Shown in pieces: positions 58,714 through 64,000 of a stretch of 64,000 nucleotides of DNA (its first letter is position 1; every line of letters starts with the position of its first letter). The notes under the pieces are model-generated. The model was given only the letters and a program-made list of their open reading frames with translations. It searched no databases and was not told the origin of the DNA. This DNA comes from a virus. Where the stretch lies: IMG/VR virus record IMGVR_UViG_3300025727_000008, positions 14,573 through 78,572 of that record; one strand, written 5' to 3'. The position numbers were made by a program, and so were the translations under genes.

Positions 58714-58982
58714 TGGAAATTAAATGGATTACCCATCAAGGAATAAGGGTGTTAGCACTATTAGTGGATGATAATGACCCATATTATATATGTGAAAATT
58801 GCGGTAATAAGAGTTATGCACATCCTAAATTAGCAACTAAAGAAGATGCAGAATGGTGCGGAGATTGTAATGACGCTCATTTTAAAAAACACATGTCTGA
58901 AGCAGAAATAGGTATGTGGTCTATATGGCAAATGCAAAGAAATAAAGCAATACTAATAGTAAAAAAACTCAGAGGAAAGTGA
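58704..58982 (+). CDS. Zn-ribbon protein
   Basis: CENC...CGDC. Confidence 0.55.
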   Translation: MVMMEIKWITHQGIRVLALLVDDNDPYYICENCGNKSYAHPKLATKEDAEWCGDCNDAHFKKHMSEAEIGMWSIWQMQRNKAILIVKKLRGK

Positions 58983-58986
58983 TTGA

Positions 58987-59373
58987 ATGAAAGATAAAGT
59001 AAAGAAAATATTAAGTTCTAAAGAATGGACATTTGCTGATTTGGCTAACATGAGTGAATTAGTAAAGCAGTTCTCAGAAGAAATATATAATGAGTTAAAT
59101 GCTAGGGAAAAATTAGAATTAGTTTGGAATCTTGATATCTATGATGATGAACACCATTTTATGAAGTTTGGGAACTATTTCAATATCCTAGTATTAGAAC
59201 AAATACAAATACAAGTAGCAAGCATACTACAAGAACAATTACTTACAGCAAATGTAAATTTTAGTAACAATGAAAATAAGGAGGATAATAAAAATGAAAT
59301 TTCCAAGAGAAGTGTGGGCAGGAAGTCATCTAAAAAACGCACAGCAAATGAAAAGAAAGATAGTGAAGAATAA
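58987..59373 (+). CDS. Hypothetical protein
   Basis: ORF track. Confidence 0.6.
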   Translation: MKDKVKKILSSKEWTFADLANMSELVKQFSEEIYNELNAREKLELVWNLDIYDDEHHFMKFGNYFNILVLEQIQIQVASILQEQLLTANVNFSNNENKEDNKNEISKRSVGRKSSKKRTANEKKDSEE

Positions 59374-60295
59374 AAAGGAATTTATAGATTGGGTTAATAT
59401 TTATAATGGTAGAATGAATTGCTATACAACTGTTTATGATTTTGATATAGTTAATGAAAACACGAAAATAGATTCATCTGTTGTATTAAACAGAATGTTT
59501 TTAGATTTTGATGCACACGATGAACCCTTAGAAAATGCACATAGAGATTTTATGAGTGTCGGAAAGAAACTATCATCATTGAATATAATGTTTAATGCCT
59601 ATTTCAGTGGCAAAGGTTTTCATATCATTGCACACGGAGAACGAGTTAATGATATTAGATGCATTCAACAGTATTATACCGAATTGGCTAAAGACCATCC
59701 TACACTTGATAGAACAGGTATTCAAACTAATAGGTTGAGAAGAGTTCCAAATACTTTGAATCTAAGTAGTGGTAAAGAAGGTAATCATTACTTTTGTTCT
59801 CCCCTAGACTTTGCTTCTTTAGAAGGAGTTTCTATGTATGATATATTAGTTATGGCTAAACATAGAAATCCTATGATAACTACGGGAACGGAAAGAATTG
59901 TATTTCCTACCGTGAAACCAATTCACTTAGCAGATATTGAAATTGAAATTCCCAAACCCATAGGTAAATTACCAATCATACCCTGCTTGCACAATGCTAT
60001 TATGGTAGAGAATCCTAGTCATTATGCTAGAGTATATTTAGTTCAATGGTATAGAGATTTATTAACATTAGGTGAAAGGAATGTTTCTTTAGAACAGCAA
60101 AAAGAAGTAATTGATTTAATTATGTCTGAGTTAGAAACAATAGCAACAACACCTGAAGTGTGGTTAGATTGGGAATTTAATAAAACTAAAAAGTATGTTA
60201 CTGGAATTGTATCTAGGGGTTATCATGCAGTGGGTTGTAGTTCTTTAATTAATCAAGGATATTGTGTTGGTAAATGTTGGAGATATCACGAATGA
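59294..60295 (+). CDS. Archaeo-eukaryotic primase with fused PriL-like C-terminal domain
   Basis: FLDFD, SGKGFH, RLRRVPNT; then PCLHN..HYAR..GCSSL..GYC..KC. Confidence 0.85.
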   Translation: MKFPREVWAGSHLKNAQQMKRKIVKNKKEFIDWVNIYNGRMNCYTTVYDFDIVNENTKIDSSVVLNRMFLDFDAHDEPLENAHRDFMSVGKKLSSLNIMFNAYFSGKGFHIIAHGERVNDIRCIQQYYTELAKDHPTLDRTGIQTNRLRRVPNTLNLSSGKEGNHYFCSPLDFASLEGVSMYDILVMAKHRNPMITTGTERIVFPTVKPIHLADIEIEIPKPIGKLPIIPCLHNAIMVENPSHYARVYLVQWYRDLLTLGERNVSLEQQKEVIDLIMSELETIATTPEVWLDWEFNKTKKYVTGIVSRGYHAVGCSSLINQGYCVGKCWRYHE

Positions 60296-60438
60296 ATTAT
60301 TTAAGAAAATATACATGTAAATTATGTAAAGAAACATTTCAGGGCTTTGGACATATGTTATCTAAAGGAGGTTACTGTTGTGATAATTGTAATTATACAA
60401 AGGTATTACCGGCTAGATTTAAAGGTGAACATTTATGA
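60292..60438 (+). CDS. 48-aa Zn-finger peptide (CKLC...GH...CCDNCN), missing from the track
   Basis: ATGA-coupled at both ends. Confidence 0.6.
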   Translation: MNYLRKYTCKLCKETFQGFGHMLSKGGYCCDNCNYTKVLPARFKGEHL

Positions 60439-61133
60439 AACTAATAATAGATAGTAGAGAAAACTCGGAATTAACAGAGAGAGTAATAGAAAAAGCCCAA
60501 AGTCTAAATGTCCCATATGAAAAACAATGGTTAGAAATTGGAGATTATGTATTCAATGATGTTTGTTTTGAAGCGAAATCTTCTTTCGATTTCATACAAT
60601 CAATAGTAAATAAAAGATTATGGAATCAATTAGATAACATGGATAGAGCCTATGTAAATAATTTAGTTATTGTTTATGGTTCATTCGATGGTGGTTTCAG
60701 AAAACACTTAGAATATATTAAAACAAGTATGAACAAATCATCACAAAGAATTATTCTTAGGAAGAAATTTTATGGTGCAATAGGAAAAATAATATTAGAT
60801 ACCGATTGTAGTATTATTTGGGTTAAGGATGCATTAACAGCCGCAGAAATTATAGCAGTTGTTTGTAAAATGCAACCACATGATAGGGCAGTATATGTTC
60901 CTAGAATAGTTAAACAGAAAAAAATTAGCACTACTGATTTAAGAGTAGATGTATTATCTACAATTAAAGGAGTTAGTGAGAAAAAAGCAAAATTATTAAT
61001 TGATACCTTCGGGTCAATTATGGAGATTGGGGAAGCAGACCTATCAGAACTATCTGCGTTAAATGGTATAGGGAATGTATTAGCATCCCGTATTATTGAA
61101 ACATTAAATTCTGAAACTAAACTGCAAATATAG
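60435..61133 (+). CDS. ERCC4/XPF-family nuclease with HhH repeats
   Basis: IIDSRE, IGDY, FEAKSSFDF, IKGVSEKKA and LNGIGNVLA. Confidence 0.88.
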   Translation: MKLIIDSRENSELTERVIEKAQSLNVPYEKQWLEIGDYVFNDVCFEAKSSFDFIQSIVNKRLWNQLDNMDRAYVNNLVIVYGSFDGGFRKHLEYIKTSMNKSSQRIILRKKFYGAIGKIILDTDCSIIWVKDALTAAEIIAVVCKMQPHDRAVYVPRIVKQKKISTTDLRVDVLSTIKGVSEKKAKLLIDTFGSIMEIGEADLSELSALNGIGNVLASRIIETLNSETKLQI

Positions 61134-61143
61134 AGAGATAAAT

Positions 61144-62712
61144 ATGGAAAATATAAATAATAATTTTAATGAAGATGAATTACTAGAAGAAGCAATGAGA
61201 AGTCAGTTTAATGAAACTAAAAATACTAAATTGAGTTTACCTAAAATAATAGAGGATTATGCAGATAGCGCAATAGAAGTATCTAGAAATAATAGAGTTC
61301 CTGCAATATTATCCGCCTATTCTTTATTAGGACAAATATGTAAAGAAATGGTTTACATCCCTAAAGGTAGAGGAACAGAAGATACTAGAGTGCATGTTAT
61401 TTGGTTACAAACAAGTGGCTCAGGAAAAACTGAAATGTATAATTTTACAGGAAGAGTTGGACAATATGTTTTTGATATACTTAATGAAAGGTATAGAGAT
61501 AATGTTGAAGCAGAAAGTTCAGGCGAAAGACATAATAGGTTTTCTATTCATGGGGTTAAGTCAACTACTGATGCTGCGTTAGTGGGTAAAATGATAATAG
61601 AAGATGTTACTGTTACTGATGATGATGGTAATACAACTTATGAGAAAATACCTAAACAGTTGTTTGGTGGTTTAGAAGGTGATGGGCTTTGTGTATATGA
61701 TGAGTTTGAATATTCAGGAGTATTCAAACCAACACAACATAAACAAGAAGTGGTTATGTATCTAAATACTTTTATGAATACTTTGGCAGGTGAAAATTAT
61801 CGTATCACTAGACAATTAGCAGAAGGTGGAGAAATGTATTGTGATAGTAGACGTTCATTATATGCAACATCATATATTCCCAAAACATTAACAACTGTTA
61901 TCGCTGAAACCGGACTACTGCAACGCTGTTTAATCTATATTAGAGAAGTTCCAATAGAAGAACAAAATCAAATTAGAGAAAAGTTAAGTCATGATTATGG
62001 TAATATTATAGATACACAAACTCCCATTAATAATTTTGGTAATGCTTTTGTAGAAATATATGAAACCTTGAAAGAAAGATATGATGATGAACCATTAATA
62101 ATAAATGATAATATGACGGAACAACAAATTAAAGAAGCCGAAGTTATTAGAAGAAAGAAAATTGTTACTTTTTCTAAGGGAGTAAACGACACAATAATTA
62201 ATGAAACAATCAAATTTCAGAATTTTGTACATAATAGCAGACCTGCTGTAATAGAAATAGCAAATAATTTTATTACTAGAATGCAAGTAAGTATGGTTAG
62301 GTTAGCCGTCTTGTCTTGTATTGCTGAAGCACCTAAATTACCGGTGAAAGATAGGTTTAAATTAACTAATAAACATGTGTTACAAGCATCTCATGTAACC
62401 CAACAGTGTTATAAATCTCTTGTATTGTGGTTAGATTCAGCATTAAGAGCCGAAAGACTATCTTCTGCAAAGAAACAAAAATTAGATGTGTTCAAAAATG
62501 AATACCAAAGACTAGTAGATAATAAAAAATCAACTCAAATAGAAGGACAAACAGGAGAGTGGGTAAATAAATCAGTGCTATTGGAAACAGTAAGAATAGC
62601 GAGTAATAAGTCGCCCGCAACAATATATAGAAATTACAAATCTAATGCGGAGTTTTATGAAGAAGTTAAACATAATAAAAGTAGATTTGTAAAAATTAAA
62701 GGAAGTAAATAA
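61144..62712 (+). CDS. MCM-like AAA+ replicative helicase
   Basis: SGSGKT, TDAALVG, VYDEFE, GLLQR; winged-helix-like C-terminus. Confidence 0.65.
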   Translation: MENINNNFNEDELLEEAMRSQFNETKNTKLSLPKIIEDYADSAIEVSRNNRVPAILSAYSLLGQICKEMVYIPKGRGTEDTRVHVIWLQTSGSGKTEMYNFTGRVGQYVFDILNERYRDNVEAESSGERHNRFSIHGVKSTTDAALVGKMIIEDVTVTDDDGNTTYEKIPKQLFGGLEGDGLCVYDEFEYSGVFKPTQHKQEVVMYLNTFMNTLAGENYRITRQLAEGGEMYCDSRRSLYATSYIPKTLTTVIAETGLLQRCLIYIREVPIEEQNQIREKLSHDYGNIIDTQTPINNFGNAFVEIYETLKERYDDEPLIINDNMTEQQIKEAEVIRRKKIVTFSKGVNDTIINETIKFQNFVHNSRPAVIEIANNFITRMQVSMVRLAVLSCIAEAPKLPVKDRFKLTNKHVLQASHVTQQCYKSLVLWLDSALRAERLSSAKKQKLDVFKNEYQRLVDNKKSTQIEGQTGEWVNKSVLLETVRIASNKSPATIYRNYKSNAEFYEEVKHNKSRFVKIKGSK

Positions 62713-62713
62713 A

Positions 62714-62968
62714 ATGACTGATAAAAAAACATATGAACATACATTCCAAATGTATCAAGTAAAAGATGGGCCGAAAGTAATGATAGAGTCGCTTAACACT
62801 TTAGGACAAGAAGGTTGGGCGTTAGCAACAGTAATGAATATAGGAACAGACCGATTAATAGCATTTTTAATTAGAGATACTACTAAGGAATCACCTAACG
62901 CTAAGAAGGCAGATTTAGATAAAACTGTTGCTCTATGGTCTGCTACTGGAGAAAGTGATGATGAATGA
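62714..62968 (+). CDS. DUF4177-like protein
   Basis: LNTLGQEGWALATV. Confidence 0.6.
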   Translation: MTDKKTYEHTFQMYQVKDGPKVMIESLNTLGQEGWALATVMNIGTDRLIAFLIRDTTKESPNAKKADLDKTVALWSATGESDDE

Positions 62969-63058
62969 AATGGTTTAAACGAAATGATTATTCTTTGTAT
63001 AAAGCACATTTAAAATGGATGAAAAGCAATTACAAAATATCTTCAAAAAGTCCACCGG

Positions 63059-63667
63059 ATGATGATGATGCCTAATATATTAGCAATAGATTTAGAAACA
63101 AAAAACATGTCTTATGATATAGGCGGGTGGGATAATACTCACATGTTTAAAGTATCTACAGTTTGCACTTGGGATGGTGATGTTGGCACAATTTATATTG
63201 ATAAAGCAGTTGATGATTTAAAGAAATCTAATATTACTATTAAACCATTATCAGAACTTAAGTTTGATTTAGATAACCATTTTGAAAAAGGTGGAAAATT
63301 GTTAGGACATAATATTAGAAATTTTGATTTACCGGTATTAAAGAATGCAATGGATATTTATTGTATCAAAAAATACTTTGATAATCCTGATTCTTATATT
63401 GATACAAGTGCAATTCTTTCTAAAGAACATGGAGAAAGATATAGTCTTTCTAATTTAGTTCAACATACATTAGGTTCAGATAAATTAATGGATAGTTCCG
63501 ATGCACCTAAGATTTGGAAAACCGGTGGCTACTCGCAAGTAGCAGAATATTGTTTGAAGGATTGTGAGTTAGTTTATGACTTATGGAAGCATGGGGTCGA
63601 GAACCAAATAGTTAAAGGCTTCTCCCTTGAAGAAGCAATTGAGAAAGATTTGGAGGTGATGTGGTAA
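63059..63667 (+). CDS. DEDD/RNase H-fold 3'-5' exonuclease (YprB-like)
   Basis: IDLET, GHNIRNFD, YCLKD. Confidence 0.82.
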   Translation: MMMMPNILAIDLETKNMSYDIGGWDNTHMFKVSTVCTWDGDVGTIYIDKAVDDLKKSNITIKPLSELKFDLDNHFEKGGKLLGHNIRNFDLPVLKNAMDIYCIKKYFDNPDSYIDTSAILSKEHGERYSLSNLVQHTLGSDKLMDSSDAPKIWKTGGYSQVAEYCLKDCELVYDLWKHGVENQIVKGFSLEEAIEKDLEVMW

Positions 63668-63828
63668 TGGCTTTAAGTGCAACATCTATTGTTTTATGGT
63701 GTGTATTCATAATTGTGATTTCTTTGTTATTCTTTGCTGCTTTTGGTAATAGTAAATATACCGAAGATAGCATAGAAGATTACATGAGTAATCTAATTAA
63801 TGAGGAACAAAAACGTGGCTCTAGTTGA
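63667..63828 (+). CDS. 53-aa single-TM protein (missing from the track)
   Basis: MALSATSIVLWCVFIIVISLLFFAAFG; GGAGGTGA SD. Confidence 0.6.
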   Translation: MALSATSIVLWCVFIIVISLLFFAAFGNSKYTEDSIEDYMSNLINEEQKRGSS

Positions 63829-63952
63829 GGTTTGTAACTTCTGTAAAGAAGAAACAATACCTAGAAGGATTCGCGGGGTCTATGTTGGTAGTCTTGATGA
63901 AATCAAGATTTGGCAATGTAGAATATGTAAGGCGTTATGGTCGAATAGTTAA
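63815..63952 (+). CDS. 45-aa Zn-ribbon peptide (CNFC...WQCRIC), missing from the track
   Basis: GTG start with GAGG SD. Confidence 0.55.
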   Translation: MALVEVCNFCKEETIPRRIRGVYVGSLDEIKIWQCRICKALWSNS

Positions 63953-63976
63953 ATAATTATTCGGTCATAACGCTGG

Positions 63977-64000
63977 TTTTTTTTTTTTGGATTTTTTTTT
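63977..64000 (+). terminator. Oligo-T tracts, archaeal-type terminator ending the plus-strand arm
   Basis: Two long T runs after the last ORF. Confidence 0.5.

Overview
AT-rich (roughly 30% GC by eye) segment of a tailed dsDNA archaeal virus (Caudoviricetes). Its gene content best fits a Marine Group II/Poseidoniales virus (magrovirus-like); this assignment is inferred from gene content only. Left arm (1-29000, all minus strand): head morphogenesis and packaging genes (HK97-type major capsid, prohead protease/scaffold, portal, large and putative small terminase, LAGLIDADG protein, a second ATP-dependent ligase, two GNATs) and a Ras/Arf-like small GTPase next to membrane proteins. About 15 otherwise unrelated ORFs in this arm begin with the same M-[STND]-W-x-x-[ILV]-[ILV]-K/R leader. 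Middle (29000-32500): strand-switch region, largely non-coding, with repeated palindromes, iteron-like heptamers and a (TC)25 tract, a candidate origin/control region. Right arm (32500-64000, plus strand): archaeal-type replication and transcription genes (UvrD-like helicase, class II RNR, TFB, PC4-like, ligase, RFC, RPA-like, PCNA-like, split PolB, Cas4-like, primase, ERCC4, MCM-like, exonuclease). Two standout candidate systems: (1) a virus-encoded ubiquitin-like conjugation set (Ubl ending GG-SQ, E2-like, E1/ThiF, PHD/RING-like finger, JAB protease) dispersed over 36.8-45.0 kb; (2) a shared leader peptide that may target many cargo proteins into the capsid and be cleaved by the prohead protease. 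All calls come from motif reading; no searches were run.
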